From Haloferax volcanii DS2 (GTDB taxonomy: Archaea; Halobacteriota; Halobacteria; Halobacteriales; Haloferacaceae): a stretch of DNA of 32,000 nucleotides. The position numbers were made by a program, and so were the translations under genes. Below, piece by piece: positions 16,356 through 24,056 of this stretch (position 1 is its first letter; every line of letters starts with the position of its first letter). The stretch is from positions 1,530,001 to 1,562,000 of the forward strand of contig NC_013967.1 in the NCBI RefSeq assembly GCF_000025685.1, written 5' to 3'. The notes below the pieces were generated by a model. That model was given only the letters and a program-made list of their open reading frames with translations, was not told where the DNA came from and did not search any database.

Positions 16356-17813
16356 ATGAGTGCAGGGGTCAGCATTTCCTCGATGTCTACGTACGCGATA
16401 CTCGGCTGCGGGAGCGTCGGGCACGCGGTCGCCGAGGAACTGACAGACGAGGGAAAAGACGTCCTCATCCTCGACAAGGACGAAAGCCGCGTCGAAGCCC
16501 TGCGCGACCAGGATTTGAACGCGCAGACCACGGACATCGCCGACCCGGAGCTCGCCGACGCCGTCGTCGGACGCGACGTGATTCTCATCCTCTCGTCGGA
16601 CGTCGAGGCCAACAAGGCCGCCGTCTCGACCATCCGCGACCGCGACGAAGACCAGTTCATCGTCGTCCGCGCTTCGGACCCCGTCTCCGAGGACGAACTG
16701 ACGAAGCTCGGTGCCGACGTGGTCATCAACCCCTCCGAGGTCATCGCGGACTCCGCGCTCCGAAGCGTCGAGTCCGGCGAACTCGAATACAAGGCCCGCC
16801 AACTGGCCGATATCCTGCGCGACACCGACCACGGGATGGCAATCCTCACCCACGACAACCCCGACCCCGACTCGCTCGCCTCGGCGGTCGCCCTCCAAGC
16901 CATCGCCCGCGAGTACGACGTCGAGGCCGACATCCTCTACTCGGGCGATATGGGCCATCAGGAGAACCGGGCGTTCGTGAACATCCTCGGCATCGAACTC
17001 ACCCCGCGGAGTGACTCGAAACCGCTCCAAGAGTACGGCGCGGTCGCGCTCGTCGACCACATGAAGTCGGGAATGCCCGACCTCGGCGATGCCGACATCA
17101 CGGTCTTTATCGACCACTTCGAACCCGACGACGGCATCGACGCCCGCTTTACCGACGTGCGGCCGAACGTCTCTTCGACCTCGACGATTCTCACGAAGTA
17201 CATTCAGGAGTTCGACCTCAGCCCATCACAGGCGGTGGCAACGGCGCTCCTCTACGGGATTCGCGCCGAGACGCTCGACTTCAAGCGCGACACGACGCCC
17301 GCCGACCTGACCGCGGCGGCGTATCTCTACCCCTTCGCTGACCACGATACCCTGGAGAAAGTGGAGTCGCCGTCGATGTCGCCGGAGACGCTGGACGTGC
17401 TCGCCGAGGCCATCCAGAACCGCGACGTACAGGGCTCGCATCTCGTCTCGAACGCGGGGTTCATCCGCGACCGCGACGCGCTGACGCAGGCGGCCCAGCA
17501 CCTCCTCAATCTGGAGGGCATCACCACGACGGCGGTGTTCGGCATCGCCGACGATACCATCTACCTCGCGGCGCGGTCGAAGGACATCCGCATGAACATC
17601 GGGAAGATTCTGAGCGACGCCTTCACCGGCATCGGTGAGGCCGGCGGCCACTCCACGCAGGGGTCGGTCGAGATTCCGCTCGGCATCTTCACGGGCATCG
17701 AGTCCAACGACGACAACCGCGACACGCTCTTGCAGCTCACCGAAGAGGCGGTAAAGCGCAAGCTCTTCCGTGCGATGGGCGTCGAGGGCAGCGAGAGCGG
17801 AAACGGGAGTTAG
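16356..17813 (+). CDS. TrkA-N (RCK_N, NAD-binding) domain fused to a DHH/DHHA1 phosphoesterase
   Basis: The N-terminus is a Rossmann fold (ILGCGSVGHAVAEEL...ILDKDE). The DHH motifs are THDNPDPDSLAS, ALVDH and FIDHFEP (DHF in place of DHH). The DHHA1 motif is GEAGGHSTQGS. An alternative start is the ATG at 16383. Confidence 0.85.
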   Translation: MSAGVSISSMSTYAILGCGSVGHAVAEELTDEGKDVLILDKDESRVEALRDQDLNAQTTDIADPELADAVVGRDVILILSSDVEANKAAVSTIRDRDEDQFIVVRASDPVSEDELTKLGADVVINPSEVIADSALRSVESGELEYKARQLADILRDTDHGMAILTHDNPDPDSLASAVALQAIAREYDVEADILYSGDMGHQENRAFVNILGIELTPRSDSKPLQEYGAVALVDHMKSGMPDLGDADITVFIDHFEPDDGIDARFTDVRPNVSSTSTILTKYIQEFDLSPSQAVATALLYGIRAETLDFKRDTTPADLTAAAYLYPFADHDTLEKVESPSMSPETLDVLAEAIQNRDVQGSHLVSNAGFIRDRDALTQAAQHLLNLEGITTTAVFGIADDTIYLAARSKDIRMNIGKILSDAFTGIGEAGGHSTQGSVEIPLGIFTGIESNDDNRDTLLQLTEEAVKRKLFRAMGVEGSESGNGS

Positions 17814-17817
17814 AACG

Positions 17818-18123
17818 TCAGGCGACCAGCGACTCTTCGTCTTCTTCTGGGTTCTTCAGGCGTTCGATGACGTCGTTGATGAGGATGACGTCGCCGACGG
17901 CGCGGACCCACCGATACGGGATGAGAACGCCCTTCCCCGGTTCGATCTGGTTACGGAACAGTTCGTCGTTCAGCGCCGTCAGCGCGAGGCCGGTGACCGT
18001 CTCGTGGTCCAAGTCGAGGCGGACGTCTTCGACCTCGCCGACGAACACACCGTTGTTCGAGTAGACCTCTCGGCCTACGAGCGTCGTAATCTCTTCGGGC
18101 GTCCCGTCCATATCCGCCAACAT
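17818..18123 (-). CDS. Stand-alone PRC-barrel domain protein (CdpB-like)
   Basis: LVGREVYSNNGVFVGEVEDVRLDLDHETVTGLAL...GVLIPYRWVRAVGDVILIN is a PRC-barrel pattern. The track ORF (to 18504) is over-extended. The start is the ATG at 18123 or, better matching the reverse-strand AATTAA box at 18137-18142, the ATG at 18111. Confidence 0.8.
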   Translation of the reverse strand: MLADMDGTPEEITTLVGREVYSNNGVFVGEVEDVRLDLDHETVTGLALTALNDELFRNQIEPGKGVLIPYRWVRAVGDVILINDVIERLKNPEEDEESLVA

Positions 18124-18232
18124 GGGATGCCGGGTCTTAATTGTTCGTAGCCCGCGAGTCGGGGCGCAGACGCGCGGCAGACGGGCGTCCGACGCCGGCG
18201 AGAAATCACCGGACGAAGACGTGTTGTTCGGT

Positions 18233-18267
18233 TGAGAAGACAGGGAAAGGGCGTCGCGGCCGACGTC
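18233..18267 (-). terminator. Hairpin plus pyrimidine/T-rich tract downstream of lutB::lutA
   Basis: The stem is 18250-18256 / 18261-18267 (7 bp with one G-T pair, loop CGGC). On the reverse strand it is followed by CTTTCCCTGTCTTCTC. Confidence 0.4.
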
Positions 18268-18293
18268 CGAGACCGGGGTCGAGACGGGGCGCG

Positions 18294-20495
18294 TTACCGC
18301 CGCGGTGCGACCAGTTGAATCGGGTGTTGCGTCGGCCGGCTGAGGAGCGAATCGAGCTGTTCCAGACAGGAGGTGCCGCTGGCGACGACCGTGCGGTCTC
18401 TGTTCTCGTCGGTCTGGAACTGTCCCCGTAGCTCGGAGCCGACATCGACGCTGAGTTCGTAGTACTCGGATTTGTAGCCGAACGAGCCGGCCATGCCGCA
18501 GCACTCCACGTCGGAGGTGGCGACGTCGTAGCCGAGGTCCGAGAGGACGGCCTCGGTGTGGCCTTCGAGGCCGAGGGTGCGCTGCTGGCAGTGGCTGTGG
18601 TAGGCGATTTCCTCGCCCGCGCCCGCCGACAGCGCGTCGGCGTCAGCGCCGTTGTCCAGCAGGCCGAAGACGTACTCCATGACCTCGTAGCTGGCCTCGG
18701 AGATGCGCTCGAAGGACTTCTCGGGGAGGAACTTCTCGTACTCGCTTTGGAACATCGCCAAGTCAGAGGGCTCGATGACGACGATGTCGCGGCCGTCGTC
18801 GATGTGCTCGGCGAGGCCGGCGTACACGTCGTGGGCGTGGTCCTCCGCGGTCGCAATCATGCCCTGCGAGAGCGGCGCGCGGCCCGACGAGCGAACGTCG
18901 GGGACGACGACGTCGACGCCGAGGGCTTCGAGGGCGCGGACGGCAGCCTTCCCGCGTTCGACCTGCACGTGATTCGTGTACACGTCGGGGTAGAGCACGG
19001 CGGTGCGGACCGGGTCGTCGACACGCGAGGTGCGGCTCTCGAACCAGTCTTTCAGCGTCTCGCGCTGGAATTCGGGGAGTTCGCGGCGGGCGTCGATGCC
19101 GAGGAACCGCTCCATGAGGTCCCGAGAGACGCCGAGGCCGGCGGCCCAGTTGGAGACCGGGGCGAAGAAGCTCCCGACCTTCGCGGCCGTTTCGAAGTTG
19201 CCGAAGAAGCGCTTCTGGAGGCTGACGCCGCCGGGCTCCTCGTCGGGGGTGAGCCCCTCGACGAGCCAGTCGAGTTCGGACACCTCGCCGCGGTTGACCC
19301 GGTCGCGGACGACCGTGTTAATCCACGGGATATCGATTTCGACCGGACAGGCGGTGGTGCACCGGCTACAACCGGTACAGAGGTCGTTGAACTCGGCGGC
19401 GCTGTCGAGGCCCTCGACGCCGGCCTCCCAGCCGGTGCCGATGCCGCCGGAGTAGGTCTCGCCGCCGAAGGCGTGGCCGCCGACGTGCTGGAAGTTGGCG
19501 CAGACGTTGGAACACGCCGAACACCGGATGCAGTAGAGCGTCTCGCGGAGTTGGTCGTCCTCGCGCATGTCGAACCGCCCGTTGTCGATGAGAACGAGGT
19601 GGAAATCGCGGTCCGTCTCGGTCTCCGAAAGCGGCGTGTCGGGGGCGTCGAAATCGACGGTTGGCGACTCGACCGGCGGCGTCAGAAGCGAGATGTAGGA
19701 GGTGATGTCCTGTCCCGTCCCCGACTTGCCGATGAGTTCGACGAAGGGCCGGAGGTCCTCGACGGTCGGGATGACCTTCTCGACGCCGGCGACCGCGACG
19801 TGCGTGTCGGGGACGACAGCCGTCTTCCGGGCGTTGCCCTCGGAGGTGACGAGCGCCATCGTGCCGGTGTCGGCGGTGATGAAGTTCGCGCCGGTCATCC
19901 CCACGTCCGCACCCTCAATGAGGTCGCCGAGCTGTTCGCGGGCGAACATGGTGAGTTCCTCCGCGGTTTCGAGGGGCTCGTCGGGCTCGAACGTCTCGTT
20001 GAACAGGTCGGCGATAGCGTCCCGCGACTTGTGGATGGCGGGCGCGACGATGTGCGACGGCGACTCGTCTGCGACCTGCAAGACCCACTCGCCGAGGTCG
20101 GTCTCGACCACGTCGATGTCGGCGGCTTCGAGGTCCTCGTTGACCTCGATTTCTTCGGATGTCATCGACTTCGACTTGACGACGCGTTCGGCCTCCTTGT
20201 CCTCGCAGACCTCGCGGACGTACCGATTCGCGTCGGCCGCGTCGTCGGCGATGTAGAGCGTGCCACCGTTGGATTCGACCGTCTCGCGCAGTTGGTCGAT
20301 GAGTTCGGGGAGGCGTTCGATGGCGTCTTCCTTGATGGCCCGCGCCTCCGACTTCAGCCCCTCGTAGTCGTCGAGCGACTGGACCGACTCGTAGCGGCCC
20401 TCGTTGAATCCGCGGGTGCTCGTGCCGACGGCGTCGCCCTCGGTCTCCATCAGCTGTCGAATCTTCGCCGCCTTGGCCTCGCGCGCCTTACTCAT
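18294..20495 (-). CDS. lutB: Lactate utilisation protein LutB (LUD plus 4Fe-4S) fused to a LutA-like CCG-domain Fe-S oxidoreductase
   Basis: The N-terminal LUD domain is followed by the ferredoxin motifs CIRCSACSNVC and CTGCSRCTTACP. The C-terminal half has cysteine-rich CCG motifs (HSHCQQ..., ECCGMAGSFG). The protein is 733 aa. Confidence 0.85.
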   Translation of the reverse strand: MSKAREAKAAKIRQLMETEGDAVGTSTRGFNEGRYESVQSLDDYEGLKSEARAIKEDAIERLPELIDQLRETVESNGGTLYIADDAADANRYVREVCEDKEAERVVKSKSMTSEEIEVNEDLEAADIDVVETDLGEWVLQVADESPSHIVAPAIHKSRDAIADLFNETFEPDEPLETAEELTMFAREQLGDLIEGADVGMTGANFITADTGTMALVTSEGNARKTAVVPDTHVAVAGVEKVIPTVEDLRPFVELIGKSGTGQDITSYISLLTPPVESPTVDFDAPDTPLSETETDRDFHLVLIDNGRFDMREDDQLRETLYCIRCSACSNVCANFQHVGGHAFGGETYSGGIGTGWEAGVEGLDSAAEFNDLCTGCSRCTTACPVEIDIPWINTVVRDRVNRGEVSELDWLVEGLTPDEEPGGVSLQKRFFGNFETAAKVGSFFAPVSNWAAGLGVSRDLMERFLGIDARRELPEFQRETLKDWFESRTSRVDDPVRTAVLYPDVYTNHVQVERGKAAVRALEALGVDVVVPDVRSSGRAPLSQGMIATAEDHAHDVYAGLAEHIDDGRDIVVIEPSDLAMFQSEYEKFLPEKSFERISEASYEVMEYVFGLLDNGADADALSAGAGEEIAYHSHCQQRTLGLEGHTEAVLSDLGYDVATSDVECCGMAGSFGYKSEYYELSVDVGSELRGQFQTDENRDRTVVASGTSCLEQLDSLLSRPTQHPIQLVAPRR

Positions 20496-20991
20496 CGAGA
20501 ATCACCACGTGGACGTCCTTCGGGCCGTGCGCTCCTTTCACCAGCGCGCCCATGTCGGCGGTGGCGCTGGGGCCGGTGGCGATGATGGCCGAGGAGTGGC
20601 CCGTGCGGAACTCCTCGCCCAGCCAGTCGAACGCCTCGGGCATTCCGGGGACGATGTCCGACCGCCGGAGAACGGCGATGTGGAGGTCGCCGAACAGGCT
20701 CACGGGTTCGATGCCGTCGGGCGTGCCCTGCACGACGACGCTCCCGTAGTCCGCGATACCCAGACCGGCCGCCGTGACGCCCGCGTTCGCCCCGCGGAGG
20801 TCCGCGGGGGTTGGGTCGGTGTTCACCCAGTCGGGGAGGTCGACGCCGTCGTACGGGAGTTCCACGCCGACGGCCGGCTCCGGACAGTGTTCTTCGAGTA
20901 CGTCCGCCAGCCCGTCGGGCGACGCGTGTGTCCAGCCTACTTCGAGTCGTTCGAGCGAGTCCTCGAACGTTGCAACCGTGCCGGTTGACAT
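20488..20991 (-). CDS. lutC: Lactate utilisation protein LutC (LUD domain)
   Basis: The 167-aa ORF contains GVTAAGLGIADYGSVVV...SSAIIATGPSATADMGALVKGAHGP. It overlaps the lutB start by 8 nt. The reverse-strand box ATTATG (21014-21019) lies 23-28 nt upstream. Confidence 0.8.
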   Translation of the reverse strand: MSTGTVATFEDSLERLEVGWTHASPDGLADVLEEHCPEPAVGVELPYDGVDLPDWVNTDPTPADLRGANAGVTAAGLGIADYGSVVVQGTPDGIEPVSLFGDLHIAVLRRSDIVPGMPEAFDWLGEEFRTGHSSAIIATGPSATADMGALVKGAHGPKDVHVVILDE

Positions 20992-21069
20992 ACGTTGAGC
21001 TAGCGCGTTCTACATAATCGTTCTTCGGGTTCGAGCACCACGCTGTCGGTTAATTATGAAGGATAGGGG

Positions 21070-22914
21070 TCAGGAGAACCGGCCGACCGCCTCGTCCGCG
21101 TCGGCGACCGTGCCGGCCGCCTCGCGCTTTCCGGCGGCGGACTTCGCCACCGCGTAGGCCTGCACGGCGAAGTAGCCCGCCCAGAGGAGGTAGCCGCCGG
21201 TCCCGCTCCCGATGACCGTCGGGACCGTTCGGAACGTCGCGACCCCGAGGCCGTTGAGCCACGTCCCGATGAGGAGGACGCTGAAGTAGCCGTAGAAGCC
21301 CGTCGCCCACCACATGCCGACGACGCGCGCCCAGCCGGGCTGGACGTGTTCGGGGAGCCGCGTCGTGTTCATCACGAGGACGAGCGCGGTGTAGGGCCAC
21401 ATCATCACACCGGACATCGCGGCCCCGACGACGAGGAAGAAAAACGGCTCTTGGCCCTCGAACGGCGAGCTAAACAGGAGGATGATGACGACGCCCCAGA
21501 CGCAGAAAGCGGTGAGGAGCCGCCAGAACAGTTTCGGGAGGTCCCAGCCGGCCTCGCGGCCGTAGGACTCGTAGAGCGCGTCGGCGCTGTTGCGGACGAA
21601 CGACTCGACGATGGCGTACTCGGTGGTAAACAGCGCGACGAAGAGGACGGAGAAGACGAGAAACGAGCCGACCGGGCCTAAAAGCGGGACGACGTCGCCG
21701 AGCCACATCTGGATGGCGTTGGCGGTCGACCCCGAGGCGTAGCGCATGGCGACGCTCATCAGCGCGGGGGCGACGAGGAGCAGGCCGAACGCGAACGTGA
21801 GCAGGTGTTCGAGTTGAACGACGCGCCACCAGCCGCGCCAGCGGCGGAGGTTCGTCAGCGTCGGGCGGAACGCGAAGCCGTCGCGCTCGATGGGTTCGGG
21901 GTCGTCGCCGCGGAGCGGGTTCTTCACGCGCCCCTGATAGTTGCCCATGCCGTAGCCCTTCTCTCGCATCCAGAGGCTCTGGGAGAGGTTGAGGTAGCCG
22001 CCCGCGCCGGCGAAGGCGAGGCCGCCGAGGAAGACCGCGATGTCCAGCCCCTCGGGGAGCGTTCCGACCGACCCCGCGGCCGCGGGGAGGTCAGCGAACT
22101 CGACCCACGAGCCGGTAACGGCGACGAGGAGCAGGGCCGCGCCGATGGCGACGAACAGGAGGCCGATTTGGAACACCTCGACGGCGTTGTACATGACCGA
22201 CGACACCTGGTACGAGAGCCAGATGACGCCCATGAGGGCGGCGGCGACGAGTTTCCACGTCGCGAGCGACGCCCCGAACAGCGCCACCGTCCCGTCGAGT
22301 CCGAGCGCCGTCGTGGCGACCTGCGCCGCGCCGGCGGCCCACCCGGGCCAGCCGAGGCTGATGAGCCCGCCGACGAGGAACGCCCACGGCCAGTACGACC
22401 CCACGCGTGCGAACGCGCGGAAGATACTCTCGCCGGTGGCGAGCGTCCAGCGCTGAAGCTCCGTGTTGATGAGGAACTGCGTGAAGACGCCGACGACGAA
22501 CGCCCAGAACACCGCCCAACCGTACTGCGCGGTCAACACCGGCCAAAAGAGCGTCTCGCCGCTCCCGAGCGACGCCCCGAGCATGATGGCCGAGGGGCCG
22601 ACGACGTGGCCGACCCGCGGGACGCGCGGGAGATCAGCGAGGCGGAACGACCCGCCTTCGCCCGATTCGGGGTAGTCGTCCGAGTCGTCGGACTCCTCCA
22701 ACTCCTCGTAGCGAAGCGGGAGATACCACGTCCCGCGGTACTGTTTTCCCTCGACTTCGGAGGCGTAGACGTCGTCGCCGCCGGCGACGCTCGGCTCCGT
22801 CGAGGGCGCGGACGCCGAGGGGTGCGGGTTAGACTCGTCCGAGTCGTCCGAGTCGTCGAGCGCGTCCGACCGCGCGGACCCGTCGGCGTCGGAACCGGGG
22901 CGACCGTCGCTCAC
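21070..22914 (-). CDS. Nramp-related (LeuT-fold) membrane transporter with an acidic N-terminal extension of about 100 aa
   Basis: There are about 11-12 TM helices. The TM1 region GPSAIMLGASLGSGETLFWP aligns by eye to the Nramp GP...DPGN segment, with GSGE replacing DPGN. The only in-frame start is the GTG at 22912-22914. Confidence 0.7.
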   Translation of the reverse strand: MSDGRPGSDADGSARSDALDDSDDSDESNPHPSASAPSTEPSVAGGDDVYASEVEGKQYRGTWYLPLRYEELEESDDSDDYPESGEGGSFRLADLPRVPRVGHVVGPSAIMLGASLGSGETLFWPVLTAQYGWAVFWAFVVGVFTQFLINTELQRWTLATGESIFRAFARVGSYWPWAFLVGGLISLGWPGWAAGAAQVATTALGLDGTVALFGASLATWKLVAAALMGVIWLSYQVSSVMYNAVEVFQIGLLFVAIGAALLLVAVTGSWVEFADLPAAAGSVGTLPEGLDIAVFLGGLAFAGAGGYLNLSQSLWMREKGYGMGNYQGRVKNPLRGDDPEPIERDGFAFRPTLTNLRRWRGWWRVVQLEHLLTFAFGLLLVAPALMSVAMRYASGSTANAIQMWLGDVVPLLGPVGSFLVFSVLFVALFTTEYAIVESFVRNSADALYESYGREAGWDLPKLFWRLLTAFCVWGVVIILLFSSPFEGQEPFFFLVVGAAMSGVMMWPYTALVLVMNTTRLPEHVQPGWARVVGMWWATGFYGYFSVLLIGTWLNGLGVATFRTVPTVIGSGTGGYLLWAGYFAVQAYAVAKSAAGKREAAGTVADADEAVGRFS

Positions 22915-23036
22915 GAGACGAGACCCCCCGGAACGACACTATCGGACGGCGAATCGCTTGACATCGATGCGTTTGCCGGAATTGTGGCCCGATGGTGTAT
23001 AAATTCGTAGGGTGGCTGTCGCGTTCGAAAACCGGA

Positions 23037-23684
23037 CTACCCGCCGAGGAAGTGCCAGATGTGGCCGCGCTCTTCCGGCGGGTCGACGCCGGGCAGTTGC
23101 TTGAGCGCCGGCTGAATCGCGTTCCACCAGCCCTCGGCGGACTCGAAGCCGGCGGGGTAGTCGTAGTACACGTCCCGCAGGAAATCCGCCTTCTTCGCCT
23201 CCGGGTGGTCGGTGAGGTACTGGTACGCCGCCGACAGCGCCTCGCGGCGAGCGTCGAGCATCGGGCCGCTCCCCGGCAGGTCGGCGCGCTCGATGGCCGA
23301 CGAGACGGCGGGCGGGTGGTCGAGGTCGTCAGAACCGTCGGCCTCCACCTCGTCCGTGGCCGCGGTTTCGGCGGTCGAAGCCGAGTCAGTCGAGTCGGCG
23401 GCCCGCCCCGCAGTCGGCTCCCCGCGGGCGGGCATCGGAATCCAGAACACCCGGCTCCGAGCGCCGACTTTCCGGGTCGCGAGGTCGCCGCGTGCTTCGA
23501 GTTCGTTCAGTTTGTTGTGCGCGGTACGCCGCGAGCAGTCGAGCGCCTCCATCACGTCGGTGGCGGTCAGGGGGCGAGCGGCGTCGTCGCGCGCCTCGAA
23601 CACCTCCAAGACGGCATCCAGCGAGATGCGTCCCACGTACTGTCCGTGCTCGTTCCGAGAGCGCGCGCGAGACTCATCGCCCAT
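23037..23684 (-). CDS. Winged helix-turn-helix transcriptional regulator (haloarchaeal type) with an uncharacterised C-terminal domain
   Basis: The wHTH is LTATDVMEALDCSRRTAHNKLNELEARGDLATRKVGARSRVFWIP. An acidic linker and a conserved-looking C-terminus follow (YQYLTDHPEAKKADFLRDVYYDYPAGFESAEGWWN). It is divergent from lctP. Confidence 0.8.
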   Translation of the reverse strand: MGDESRARSRNEHGQYVGRISLDAVLEVFEARDDAARPLTATDVMEALDCSRRTAHNKLNELEARGDLATRKVGARSRVFWIPMPARGEPTAGRAADSTDSASTAETAATDEVEADGSDDLDHPPAVSSAIERADLPGSGPMLDARREALSAAYQYLTDHPEAKKADFLRDVYYDYPAGFESAEGWWNAIQPALKQLPGVDPPEERGHIWHFLGG

Positions 23685-23718
23685 GAGAATTCCTTTTCAT
23701 ACGACTGCATAAGCCTTT

Positions 23719-23751
23719 ACACACGAGTGAATCACCAGTTCATTCGTGTGT
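23719..23751. promoter_or_regulatory. 13-bp inverted repeat (candidate operator) upstream of the regulator gene TATA
   Basis: The element is ACACACGAGTGAA-N7-TTCATTCGTGTGT with one mismatch. It lies immediately distal to the reverse-strand CTTATG box (23708-23713) of the wHTH gene. Confidence 0.5.
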
Positions 23752-23902
23752 TGTAGCCATGAAAGACGTGTGTAGTGGCTATTTCGAGAATCGGTTTCCC
23801 AAAATCGACTCCGAACGCGAACCGACAGGATAGACCATGTAGAACACGGATTCGGCGTTTAACCGCGTATTTGTCCGAATATCCACGAGTGTACTGGGTT
23901 GT

Positions 23903-23915
23903 TTACTCCGAGTAA
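23903..23915. promoter_or_regulatory. Palindrome TTACTC-C-GAGTAA upstream of the lctP promoter
   Basis: The arms are a perfect 6 bp each. The element lies about 45 nt upstream of the lctP TATA. Confidence 0.35.
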
Positions 23916-23955
23916 GGCGGCCCCAACCGATATGCCATGAATAGCGACGAACGAT

Positions 23956-23965
23956 AGATATATAT
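23956..23965 (+). promoter_or_regulatory. TATA box (AGATATATAT) for lctP, preceded by GAACGAT
   Basis: This is the strongest AT-rich element in the 372-bp spacer. It implies a transcription start near 23988 and a leader of about 70 nt. Confidence 0.5.
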
Positions 23966-24043
23966 CACAAAAGTTGTGTAGCGGATGCCACGATGCACCG
24001 CATCAGGCACGAATCTGGAACGGCACAGGCTGGAACGAACTGC

Positions 24044-24050
24044 GGAGGTG
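24044..24050 (+). promoter_or_regulatory. Shine-Dalgarno-like GGAGGTG upstream of lctP
   Basis: It lies 6 nt upstream of the ATG at 24057, which supports a leadered mRNA and the 24057 start. Confidence 0.5.
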
Positions 24051-24056
24051 TGCGGC

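Noticed and set aside
18558-20585. A 675-aa plus-strand ORF antisense to lutB::lutA and lutC.
   Set aside because: It is a shadow ORF, and the sense-strand genes carry clear LUD/Fe-S/CCG motifs.
22676-22875. Short tandem 9-bp DNA repeats (CGAGTCGTC) on the plus strand.
   Set aside because: They lie inside the Nramp-related gene and simply encode the repetitive Asp/Ser-rich acidic N-terminus (DDSDDSDES). They are not an independent repeat element.
23985-24056. An in-frame ATG at 23985 giving LctP a 24-aa extension ([24 protein letters not shown]). It sits at near-leaderless distance from the TATA.
   Set aside because: The segment has low GC3 (about 58 percent by my count) and a Cys/Arg/His-rich composition that is not halophile-like. 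A GGAGGTG Shine-Dalgarno lies 6 nt before the ATG at 24057. A leaderless start at 23985 cannot be fully excluded without start-site or N-terminal data.
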